28,887 nt of DNA from Prasinococcaceae sp. CCMP 1430. Taxonomy: Eukaryota; Plantae; Prasinodermophyta. A model generated the notes under the pieces. The model searched no databases and was not told where the DNA came from. It saw only the letters and a list, made by a program, of their open reading frames with translations. Every line of letters begins with the position of its first letter. Within the stretch, counting starts at the first letter, position 1. A program made the position numbers and the translations under genes. The stretch spans positions 4,634 through 33,520 of the forward strand of contig RQSC01000013.1 of assembly GCA_013416795.1 (NCBI GenBank), given 5' to 3'. Below are positions 1-10,242 of this stretch, piece after piece.

Positions 1-489
1 GTCCATCGGGAAAGTGCGGCGCGCACGCGGCGCGCACGCGGCGCGCTGCGCGCGCGCGCGCGCGCGCGCCCGAGACAGGAGGCGAAGCAATCGGAGGTGC
101 TGAGGCGAACGCGGGGCTCGAGGGCGGAAGATGTGTGTGTGCGCGCGCGTGCGGAGAGGGGTGGAGGGGGGAGGCCACGCGGCGCGCAGCGCGCGCCGTG
201 TGGCCAGCGCTGCCTCGCTCGCGCCCAACACCCGGCCACCGGCGGGGCCGCCTTGATGCCTTTAGATAAACGGTAAAATCAAGACCCTGTCCGGCCTTTC
301 ACATGCGAATCGTTGCCGTAGTACTGCACGCACTCTAAAAAAACCCTAAATGCAGGCGCTTGCGGTGTGCGCGGCGCGAAGAGGCAACTGTTGCACGCGC
401 GGCCGTGTGTGTGGGGGGGGGGGGCTCGGGGTGGGTGGGTGTGCGCACTACGCAGTATTACTGTACAAAGGTTGATGCAGGGGGTGGTC

Positions 490-1864
490 TCATCTCGGTG
501 GCGGCGGCATGTGCCCGGCAGCAGGCGGCATGCCGGGCGGAACACCCACGGGCGCAGCCCCCCACGGGCCGGCTGGCGGCGGCGGCATGCCCGGCGGCGG
601 CCCCTGCATTGGCGGCAGTTGTCCGCCAGGTGGTCGCATGCCCAAGGGCGGCGCGCCCCACGCACCAGGCGGCGGTGGCATACCGGGCGGCAGGCCTCGG
701 CCTGCAGACCCCGCTGCCATAGGCGGCGGAGGCATCCATCCTGGTGGCTGCTGCTGCGGTGGGGGCTGCATGGGCATGCCGGCAGGCGGCTGCATCTGTG
801 CGGGCATCTGCGGCGGAGGTGGCATGCCAGCCGGCGGCACCACCGCCGCCGGCGCAGATGGCGGCGGGAGTCCCAAACTCACCGGCTGCGCCGGACCTGC
901 CGCAAAGTGCATATTAGGCCGCGAGTCCCTCTTCCCCTGCTTGCGCGCGGCGGCAAGCATGCGTTCCGCAGGCGTGCCGTGGCGTTCGCCCCGCGAGTCC
1001 TTCTTGAACGCGTAGGTGACGTTGATTGCCCTCCCCGCCAGGAACTGGCCATCCATTGCCTCGATGGCCGCGTCACTGGCCTCAAAGCTGTCAAAAGAAA
1101 CGAAGCCGAAACCACGTGGGTTGCCCGTCTCCGCGTCGCGCGCCACCTTGGGCGCACCAACGACGACGCCGAACGCTCCGAACGTGTCATAGAGTAGCTT
1201 CTCGTCCACTTCGTCGCCAATGTTGCCCACGAAGATGTTCGCACCAACACCTAGCTCCTGGCCCCGATCCTGTGCCGAATGCGTCACGCGGATGGGCTTG
1301 TCGAATAGCTTGACCATGTTGAGAACCTTGGTCGCCTGCATGGCGCAGCGGCGGCGCGCAGGCGCGCAGAGCACGGCAACGCGTCCGACCAGCAACCGAG
1401 CGCCCAGCCGGCACCGGCCGGCGGTCACAGGGGCGCAGTGCGCACACACGCTGTCAGCACGCATCAAAGGGCGCGATGGACCCGCGAAGGGCGCACCACG
1501 TCGGGACTGCCCCGCGCTGCCAGGCGGGCAGCCGTACGGCCACATCTCGCGGACGCCTCACTGCTGGGTGGCAACCCTAAGGGTGTGAGCGCTGCGCGCC
1601 CGGCGGTGCGCGGCAACGCACGTAGTCAGCATCCTCCTCCGTGCGGAACTCGACGAACCCATAGCCCTGGTGAGTCCCCGTCACGCGGTCCTTCGGCAGG
1701 TACACGCTCGTGACTGGCCCGACCTGCAGGAAGAGCTCCCACAGCATCTCCTCGCTCACGCGCTCGTCGAGGTTGCCCGTCCAGCACGTCGCCTCCTGGT
1801 TGCGCGCGCCGTCCCCCAGCGAGACGCCGCTGGACGCCGTCACGCGCCCCCCAGCGGCCGACAT
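490..1864 (-). CDS. SF3B4: Splicing factor 3B subunit 4 (SAP49); exons 1864-1622 and 1335-490, intron 1336-1621
   Basis: RRM1 ([31 protein letters not shown]...HQGYGFVEF...DADY) splices across GTGCG...CAG to [17 protein letters not shown]. It continues through RRM2 (GANIFVGNI...[21 protein letters not shown]), the [10 protein letters not shown] motif and a Pro-rich tail. Confidence 0.96.
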
Positions 1865-2267
1865 CGCGCGGCCAGCCGGGACGCGGGGCCCGCGGAGGGC
1901 GGGGGAGGGTCGGGACGCGGCCTGCGCTGGGCGCGCGCCAGGCGGCCAAGCGCGCGCTGCGCGCTATGTGGCGAGCAGCGCCGCGATGTGCGAGGAGCTG
2001 CGCATTTTCGCCCACACCCCCAAAAATGCGTTGGCGGAAAAAAGCGCCACCTACTGGGTATCTACGCGTGCGTGCGTGCGGAGGGGGTTGTGGGCGCCCA
2101 GGCGGCGCACGGCCGCGCCGGGCGCGTTCCCCTCCCCTTCCTCCCCCCGCTGGACGCGGCAGCAGCCTGCGCGGCGGTGCTCGGGGGTCGAGGCGCCTCG
2201 CAGCAACACGAATGTAATGATACTCGTACAGGAAGCGCAGGCGCGCGAGTGGTGCCGCGCGCGTCTG

Positions 2268-3739
2268 CTACACAAGGAATTTGCGCTCCGGCCACTGGGC
2301 GAAGGGCACTGACAGCGGGTCGGCCTCTCCGACGCCAGACATGATGTCGATGAGGCCCTTCGGATTGTCGATGTGCACCCAGTGCCCCGCATCGGGCAGC
2401 GTGTGCACGAAGATGCCCGCAGCCTGACCGGCAGCGCGGCCAGCGCAATGTGTCATGCGCTCGTACTCGCCTGGGCCCCACGCGTGCAGCGAGCGCTCGG
2501 CCTTGACGAAGTTCAGCAGGGCACCTGTGGACGCAGCGACGCGTGCCGGAGTCAGCGCCAGCGCGAGCAGGCAGCGCGCGCCGCGGGCGTCGCGGGCGCG
2601 TGCGCACCTTCGGGCAAGTTGTCCAGCGTCGGCCACAGGTCAGTCTCGGCGTAGGAGTAGTACATGTCCGCCACGCCGTCCAAGTTAAACAGCCAGTCCA
2701 CCCCCTCCCCGTCTTCCGTCTCGCACAGGTTCGTGGCCGCCCACGCCGCGACGGCCTGCGAGAACCCACCGCTCATGAGCGCGTTGGTGAGGTACTCCTT
2801 GGTGGGCAGCGGCATGTCCAGCGACTGCAGGTACGGGATGAGGTCCGCGGGGGAGTCGTTGTTGTCGAGGTACTGCGAGGGCGCAACGGGCCCCGGCGCG
2901 GTGTCAAGTGCCCACACCTGCACGGGCAGTGGCAGCGGGCGCGCGAGCTCCACCATCTCCAGTGCGACCTTCGCTCCGAACGAGTGGCCGATGAGCGCTC
3001 GCGGGAAGATGCGCAGGTGCCTGAGCAGCGCGTGCACGTCCTGCGCGGCCGTCATCACGCAGTGCGGCGCCGGGTGAAACTGGGGCGCGAGGGCGGCGCT
3101 CGCGCCGTGGTTTCGAAGGTCGACCAGCAAGAACTGCCAGTCCGGCGCCGCGCGTGCGAGCTGTCTTGCAAAGCCTGTGAGGTTGCGGCGCGCGCCCAGC
3201 ACGCCGTGCAGCATCACCGCGGTTGGGGGCGGCGCGCGCCGGACGCCGTCCTCCGGCGGTTTGACATTGGCGCCACGGACGATCTCGTACGCAAGCGGGG
3301 AATCACCCGCGGTCGACGAAAACGGCGTCGTTGATTCCGCCGCGGTGGCCGACGCGCACGTGCGCAGCCGCTCCGCGTGCCGCCCGCACCGGCCTCTTTG
3401 CCGCCCACCAGCCGGCGCCGCCGGCGCGGCCAGCCAAAATCCCCCAAATCTAAAATCCGGCGTCGCCAATTGGCAATCCCGCACCCGGATCAGGCTCGAA
3501 CGCCGGCGCCTCCCGCCTCCGGCGCCAATCGCACGCGAGGCCGCAGAGCCGCCCAGTCCCACCTCCGCACCTCCCCACCGCCACCGCCACACGCGCACAC
3601 GTGCGCGCGCGCACGCGCCCACCTCCCACCCCCACACCGCCCCGCCCCCTTGGCGCCAACACCCCCGCGGGCGCGCCCTCTGGCGCCGCCGACGGAGGAG
3701 ACGAAACCCCCATCCAACCGCGCGCATGCATGCATGCAT
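2268..3739 (-). CDS. Alpha/beta-hydrolase, ABHD11-like; intron 2525-2607; 5' end uncertain (recognisable only downstream of ~3350)
   Basis: MLHGVLG, VDLRNHG, GHSFG nucleophile elbow and the C-terminal AGHWVHIDNP catalytic His. The GTGCG...GCTGAC...CAG intron joins the two ORFs in phase. The only in-frame upstream ATGs (3739, 3727) lie beyond ~100 low-complexity codons. Confidence 0.88.
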
Positions 3740-4261
3740 GCCCTATCCTGAAACCTCCACGAATCAACCCCAAAACACCCCAGGCTGTGCGAGCTCAACT
3801 CCGGGTGCCCCGGGGACAGCGATCCCTACTGTTTTCTTTCTCCCGGTTCCACCGGTTTCTTTCCCAGGTCATCCATTTTTTAGCTCGACATCCTCGTACA
3901 TCCCAGAAATACTTGGGCCGGCCTATCCCCATTCCTATTCCCCATCCCAAAACCCAGCCATCGCCTCTTTGCAGGCGAAGTGGCGGTGCCCGCCCGGGCG
4001 CCCGGGGCCACGCCCGTGCGATCGATGGGCACGCGCCGCCACGCGAGGCCTGATCACACGAGGCCTGATCACCGCGGATGGATGACGGAATCCAGTACAT
4101 CTTCGGTACAATGGAACCCATAAATTGCCCCGCATTCGGGTGCATTTGAATAGTACTTTTGGCCTCGGGACTCCGAGTGGGATTCGGTATGGTTTCATGG
4201 GTTCCGCATGGGACGGATCCGCGGCGGCTGCTGCGCGCGCGCCGCGCGCGCAGGGATTGGG

Positions 4262-4296
4262 TTAGGGTTTAGCCCCAGCGAAGGGTGGATTTAGGG
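4262..4296. promoter_or_regulatory. Telo-box-like motifs upstream of GlyRS
   Basis: TTAGGGTTTAG at 4262-4272 and TTTAGGG at 4290-4296, about 170-200 bp upstream of the ATG. Confidence 0.5.
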
Positions 4297-4458
4297 TGGG
4301 ATGGGCTTTTTGAATGCGTTTTGAGGTGTGTGTGTTGCAGACCCTAGTTTGACCAAGCGCGCGCGCGCGCGCGCGGTGTGCGCGCAGGGCGCGCGGGGCC
4401 GCCACAGGCGCCGCGCGGCCGCGCGTGGGGGTTCACCGCCCCACCCCGCACCGAGGCG

Positions 4459-6715
4459 ATGGCGGACGCAGCGATGGAGCAGGAGGCGCTGGAGGACCTC
4501 ATCGCGTCGCAGCAGGCCGCCGTCAACCAGAAGGGCGACGAAGTGCGCGCGCTCAAGGCCGCGGTGAAGACGGGCGACGCCGTCAAAGAGGATGTCGACG
4601 CCGCCATCCAGCAGCTCAAGGTGCGCGGCGCTGGCGCCAGCGCGGCTGCCCGCGAAGGGCGCGCGCGCCGGCGCGTGCGTGGCCCCACCGCAAGCCGCCG
4701 GCGGCGCTGCGCGCCCATGCCCTCTCATCTGACTCCGCCCGCGACCGCGTGACGGCCCGCACCCACCCGCCTGCCCTGCTCGCTTCGTGCTCGCCGCCGC
4801 GCAGGAGCTCAAGCTGGAGCTCGATGCGTCCATGTCGCAGTACACCTCCAAGAAGGGCGCCGGCGTGGACAAGGCGGCCTTCCGCGAGGCTTGCGCGAGC
4901 GCGCTCGAGCGTCGTCTGTTCTACGTGCCGTCGTACAAGATTTACGGCGGTGTGGCGGGCCTGTACGACTTTGGCCCGCCGGGCTGCGCGGTGAAGTCCA
5001 ACCTGCTGCAGCAGTGGCGCCAGCACTTCGTGCTTGAGGAGAACATGCTCGAGATCGAGTGCCCCGCGGTGACCCCCGAGTGCGTGCTGCGGGCGTCGGG
5101 TCACGTCGAGAAGTTCACAGACCTGATGGTGAGGGATGTCAAGACGCACCAGTGCTACCGCGCGGACCACCTGCTCGAGGGCCACCTGGAGCCGATGCTG
5201 GAGGATCCCACCGTGCCGCGCGACCAGCGCAAGGCCATGGAGCTCGACTTGAACCGCACGGACGAGATGTCGCCCGAGGAGCTCGGCGGCAAGCTCGAGT
5301 CGTACGGCGTCAAGGCGCCCGACACTGGCAACGACCTCACCGCCCCCTTCCCATTCAACCTCATGTTCGCGACGCAGATCGGTCCCATGGGGAACAACCA
5401 GGGCTTCTTCCGGCCCGAGACCGCGCAGGGCATCTTCGTCAACTTCCGCGACCTCCTCTACTACAACGGCGGCAGGCTGCCGTTCGCGGGCGCGCAGGTT
5501 GGCCGCGGCTACCGCAACGAGATCGCGCCGCGCCAGGGCCTGCTGCGCGTGCGCGAATTCGAGATGGCTGAGATTGAGCACTTCGTCAATCCGGACAAGA
5601 AAGACCATCCTCGCTTCTCCAGCGTGGCCGACCTGGAGCCGCTGCTCTTCGCGCGCGCGCAGCAGGCCGCCGTCGAGAAGCCTGTGGCTATGAAGCTTGG
5701 CGACGCCGTGCGCGATGGCATCATCGCCAACGAGACGCTTGGCTACTTCATCGGCCGCACGTACCTCTTCCTCAAGAAGGTGGGCATTGACCCGACGCGC
5801 CTGCGGTTCCGCCAGCACCTGCAGCACGAGATGGCGCACTACGCGTGCGACTGCTGGGACGCCGAGATCGAGTGCTCGTACGGCTGGGTGGAGTGTGTGG
5901 GGCTGGCGGACCGCTCTGCCTACGACCTTACGGCGCACTCCGCAGCCACCAAGGTGGACCTGAGCGCACACGAGACCTTCGCAGAGCCGGTCATGGAGGA
6001 GGTGCTCGAGATCAAGCCCAACAAGAAGGACGTTGCCAAGGCGTTCAAGCGCGACACCAAGCTGGTCACCGAGACGCTCGAGGCCATGGACGAGGCGGAG
6101 GCGATGGCAATGGCCGAGGCGCATGCTAGCGGCGCCGACGTGAGCATCAAGTCGGTCACCACCGGGCAGGAGTTCACCATCACCCCGGGCATGGTCGCCA
6201 TCGCCAAGAAGACGAAGAAGGTGACGGGCAGGTCGTTCGTGCCCAGCGTGATCGAGCCTTCCTTTGGCATCGGGCGCGTGCTGTACATGGTCTTCGAGCA
6301 CTCATTCTACGTGCGCGAGGACGACGACCAGAAGACCGTCTTCAAGTTCCCGGCGGTGATGGCGCCCACCAAGTGCGCGCTCTTCCCGCTGCAGGTCAAG
6401 AAGGACTTCGAGCCCATGCTCGAGCGCATCTCGCGCTCGCTGGTGAGCGCGGGCGTCTCCAACAAGATCGACGATTCGAGCGCCTCCATCGGCAAGCGCT
6501 ACGCGCGCTTCGACGAGCTGGGTGTTCCCTTTGCGGTCACCGTCGACTTCGACTCGCTCACGGACGACACCGTCACGTTGCGTGAGCGTGACTCGACGAC
6601 CCAGCTACGCCTGCCCGCGGACGACGTCGCCGACCTGCTCATGCGCCTCTCCAACGGCAGCGCCACGTGGGAGGAGGCTGCGGCCAAGTACCCCGCCGTC
6701 ACGGCCAAGGAATAA
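4459..6715 (+). CDS. GARS1: Glycyl-tRNA synthetase (homodimeric eukaryotic type, N-terminal WHEP domain); exons 4459-4620 and 4805-6715
   Basis: WHEP helix pair (KGDEVRALK...VDAAIQQLKELK), IYGGVAGLYDFGPPG, RPETAQGIFVNF, RNEIAPRQGLLRVREFEMAEIEHF, VIEPSFGIGR and the anticodon-binding domain. Intron 4621-4804 reads GTGCG...CTGAC...CAG, phase 0. Confidence 0.97.
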
Positions 6716-6892
6716 ACACGCCGCGCGCGCTGCCATGTACGAGTAACACAATGTCACACAACTGCAGCTTTGGCGCGCGCGCAGGCGCCCGCGCGCGAGC
6801 GCCAGGGAGGCGAGGGCGCGGGCGCGTAGCGAGCGCACGGCCCGCTGTGCGCCATCGCAAACTACGCTACGCTGCAATTATTACAGACAGAC

Positions 6893-7955
6893 TCACTGCC
6901 AGATCCTCACGAGCCCGTCGGCGCCAGCCGTTACCATGCACGGCTGCGTCGGATGGTGTGCGACGCCCGTGACCGCCGCAGCATGCGCACGGTCAAAGCG
7001 CCTCACCGCCTCGCCCTCGACCTGGGTGTGCGCGGAGAGGGTAGTGATCGGCAGGGAGGGCGCGTCAGAGAGCCGCTGTGGCGCACGCGGCGCACGCGCG
7101 CAGGTGGTGAGGCCGCGCGCACCGCACTCAGCATGAGCGGGAACACGCACGCGCGGGGAGCGCGCGCGTGCGCACCAGGTCCCAGATGGTGACCCCGCCG
7201 CCTTCGTCGCCCGCCACGACGTGCGCGTCGTCGTGCGAGAAGCAGCAACCTACGCGCGCCGAGCGGTTGGCGTGACCGTGCCCGCGGTAGGTCTGCAGCT
7301 TGCCGCCGTCGGCGCGGTCGATCAGCGCGAGTGAGTCGTCGAGCGTGGCCGCGAGGAGGCAATTGCCATCACCGCTCACGGCGACATTGCCGACGGGCGA
7401 GCCGAGCGAGTCGCGGACGGCCTCGGCGTTGCGCAAGTCGAAGGTGCGCACAGACCCATCGACCGACGCAGCCACAAGCGCCTCCTTCTCGACGACGACC
7501 GCCATGACCGCGTCAGTGAAGTGCTTGAGCGTCTGGATGGGCTCGTGCGAGCCCGAGCGCGCATCCCACAGCCTCACGGTCGCGTCGTACGAGCCCGACG
7601 CGACGACGCTCGCCTGCGCATTCATCCCGATGGCGAAGACCTTGCCGGCATGTCCGCGCCAGCGCCGCACGACGGAGCCACTGGTGACATCCACGAGTGC
7701 AGCGGTGGCGTCGGCGCCGCCGCTCGCGAAGCGCGCATTGTCGGGCGACACCGCTAGGTCGTGCACCTCCTTGCCGTGCACCTCATACTCCTTCACCGCC
7801 GTGCCCGTTCGCGGATTCCATAGCCGCACCGTGCGATCCGCGCCCGCGCTCAGCGCGTAGTTGCCCTTGGCGGTGAAGACGCACTGCAGCACGGCGCCAC
7901 GGTGCCCACTGAGCTCGAAGGCCACGCCCGAGGGCAGGTCGCGGGGCACCTCCAT
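6893..7955 (-). CDS. WDR83: WD40-repeat protein WDR83/MORG1-like; exons 7955-7176 and 7021-6893
   Basis: WD repeats (GNYALSAGADRTVRLWNP, VVASGSYDATVRLWDARS..EPIQ, SVDGSVRTFDLR, LQTYRGH) typical of WDR83. Intron 7022-7175 reads GTGCG...CTGAC...CAG. Confidence 0.9.
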
Positions 7956-8382
7956 CGTTGCAGTCCACCCGCCCACCCGTCGGGCCGCGCGCGCGCGCCT
8001 GCGGCGGAGCTGGCCGGGCGCTCTACTGATTTAGCAGCCGGACGTCGCACGAATCGCACGAACTCTCAGCTGTCGGTGTTGAGCATGAGCTCCCCCCAGC
8101 GCTCGTGCTCGCCGCCCGCGTGCCTCGCCGAGCGCCCGCCCGCGCCGCTGGCGCCGCCCGCGCCTNNNNNNNNNNNNNNNNNNNNNNNNNCCGCTGCCCC
8201 GCCCCCCCTCGGCCCGCCCTCGCCCTCGCGCTCGCCACGGCTTTGAAACGAGTGCTCCCGTCACTACAGTACAATGTACTCATCATCAGTACAGTGTACT
8301 GCCCAAGTGGCAAGTGCCCTCCCTCGTCAATGTTTACAGTACTGTACTGTACAGTAGGTTCACATCATTTACGGTTTTACGG

Positions 8383-8660
8383 TCATAGCAAATAGGGTTC
8401 ACATGGGCAGCGTCGACCGTCGACCGTCGACCGTCGGCGTCGAGCGGCGGCGAGCCCACGGGAGACGCAGGTCCGTCGTCGAGGTTTGGGTTGAAAGTTT
8501 AAAGGTTTTTGGTAGGGTCCGTAATACAGGTGTTCGAGGTGCTCCGCGGCGCGCTCGCGGGCGTCGCGCTCGCCTGCTCTGCGCGCCTGTCGGTGGGTGG
8601 CTGCGTCAAGGTCTGCCTGAGCTCTGGCACAGTTTCCGGCGAAGTAGCTTTCGAGCCGCG
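8383..8660 (-). other. Orphan coding-like fragment (possible 3' end of an unrelated gene) abutting the SDR
   Basis: Reads ARLESYFAGNCARAQADLDAATHRQ...ERAAEHLEHLYYGPY with coding-like composition and no credible start. It occupies the place of the missing SDR N-terminus. Confidence 0.3.
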
Positions 8661-9494
8661 CGCGCGGCCGCGGGATCCGCCGCCGGAGGACGCGCACGCG
8701 CCGCCGTCGAGCCGCTGGACCTCGCGGACGCCGCGTCGGTGCGCGCTTTCGCCGCCGCAGAGGTTGGCAAGCCGCTCGACGTGCTGCTTTGGAACGCCGG
8801 AATCGGCTTCGCGCCCGGCGCCGCGCGGGACACGACCGCCTCTGGTGCGGACACGCGGCTGGCGGCGAACCACCTCGGGCACGTGCTCCTGGTCGACATG
8901 CTGCTGCCCAGCATGATCATGGCCGCGGAGGAACCCGCCGCCGGACGCAGCGCCCCGCCGCGCGTGGTGGTCGTCTCTTCGTCGCTGGCGCAGGACGCCG
9001 ACGTGGAGGCGTGGCGCACAGACCCGCACCAGGCGGCCGCCGCGACGTACGACTCGCGGCTCGCGTACCGCGTGTCTAAGCTCCTTGGCGCGCTGTACGC
9101 GACGGAGGCGCAGCGGCGCTGGGCGGCGCGCGGCCTGGGCGTCGACGCGGTCGCCGTGTGCCCCGGATTCATCCCCAACACGGGCCTCGCCCGGGGACTG
9201 CCCTGGCCGGCCAGGGTGGCGTTCCAGGGCCTCCTCGGTGGGAGGTTTGGCCGCGCGGTGCTCGGCGTGCCCTCGCGCACGCCAGCGGAAGGCGGCGACG
9301 CGCTCTTCCGCGCCGCAACCGAGCCGCTGGCGAGATCGGACAGCGGCCGCCTGCTGCGCGCTCCCGCGGGGGGAGCGCCGCTCGAGACCTACGCTGGCAA
9401 GATGGGCGCGTCGCTGGGCGACGCGGCGCTCGCGGCGGAGGCGTGGGAGTGGAGCGAGCGCGAGGCTGGCGTCGAGCCTGCCGACCGCGCGTGA
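8655..9494 (+). CDS. Short-chain dehydrogenase/reductase (RDH/WWOX/POR-like), 5'-truncated
   Basis: LDLAD..SVRAF, LDVLLWNAG, NHLGH, RVVVVSS, catalytic YRVSK and PGFIPNTGLAR are present. The TGxxxGxG Rossmann motif is absent from the upstream ORF. Confidence 0.85.
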   Translation, partial: AARAAAGSAAGGRARAAVEPLDLADAASVRAFAAAEVGKPLDVLLWNAGIGFAPGAARDTTASGADTRLAANHLGHVLLVDMLLPSMIMAAEEPAAGRSAPPRVVVVSSSLAQDADVEAWRTDPHQAAAATYDSRLAYRVSKLLGALYATEAQRRWAARGLGVDAVAVCPGFIPNTGLARGLPWPARVAFQGLLGGRFGRAVLGVPSRTPAEGGDALFRAATEPLARSDSGRLLRAPAGGAPLETYAGKMGASLGDAALAAEAWEWSEREAGVEPADRA

Positions 9495-10242
9495 GGCCAT
9501 GCTCGCTCGCCCACCGCGCGTGCCCTCGTATTGAGCTTGTAAGATGTGTAGAGTATCCTCGAGCGCGCCGCGACCGCGATGGACTGGAGCCCGCTGGCTG
9601 GTGAGGTGGTGCGCTGCCGGGATGGAGGACCGCGATGTGTGGCCGCCATCAAGAGACAGCGTGGCCCGCGCTCGTCGCTGGGCGCGGGCGGCAGCAGAGC
9701 GATGCGCCCTCGCAGCCCGCGCCGCCGGTCGCTGCACACAGCAGCGCATGTGGCGCGCAGCACGAGCGTGCGCACGGCTCAGCACAGCACACCATGGGCG
9801 CAGCACGCCAGGCCACAGCCAACGCGCGCCGCACGGCACGGCAAGCCCGACCACTGTGCTGCATGCAGTCGCGCTCGCGCCGCGCGTTGCACCTCTCATA
9901 GGAATCTCCCGTGGCTACATCACATTCGTTTTCATTTCATACATACTGTGTACATACATTCTGATGGTACGCTCGCATCGCAGCCAGCGCTTGCTGCGGC
10001 GCCCCTCTGCAGAATGCCGTGGATTGCGCAGCCTCGCGAGAGCTCGAGAGCTCGAGAGCTGCGCCACACAGAGGTATGGATGCACGGGGTCATTCGCTCG
10101 GCCGCGCCGGTGCGAGCGCACGTGTACGCCGCAGCACGCGCGGAAAGGAGTCCCTGCCGCGGCGCCTTTGAGTCTAATTTAGCGGCTATTACTACCCGTG
10201 TCGAGGACTCCGCGCGCGCTTTGATTGCCTGTACAGAGTCGA

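Noticed and set aside
1336-1621. Possible intronic snoRNA in the longest intron (SF3B4)
   Set aside because: No convincing C/D or H/ACA box pair; the hairpins are expected at this GC content.
4616-6301. Long antisense ORFs (also 8499-9899, 13207-15258, 26096-27949)
   Set aside because: Shadows of high-GC3 genes on the opposite strand; no recognisable domains.
8412-8442. (CGACCGT)3 and similar short tandems such as (GAGAGCTC)n at ~10038
   Set aside because: Too short and unspaced for CRISPR or satellite arrays; ordinary slippage repeats.
9540-10240. Several 200+ aa ORFs between the SDR and PP2C
   Set aside because: No domain or codon signal; the region lies between convergent 3' ends.
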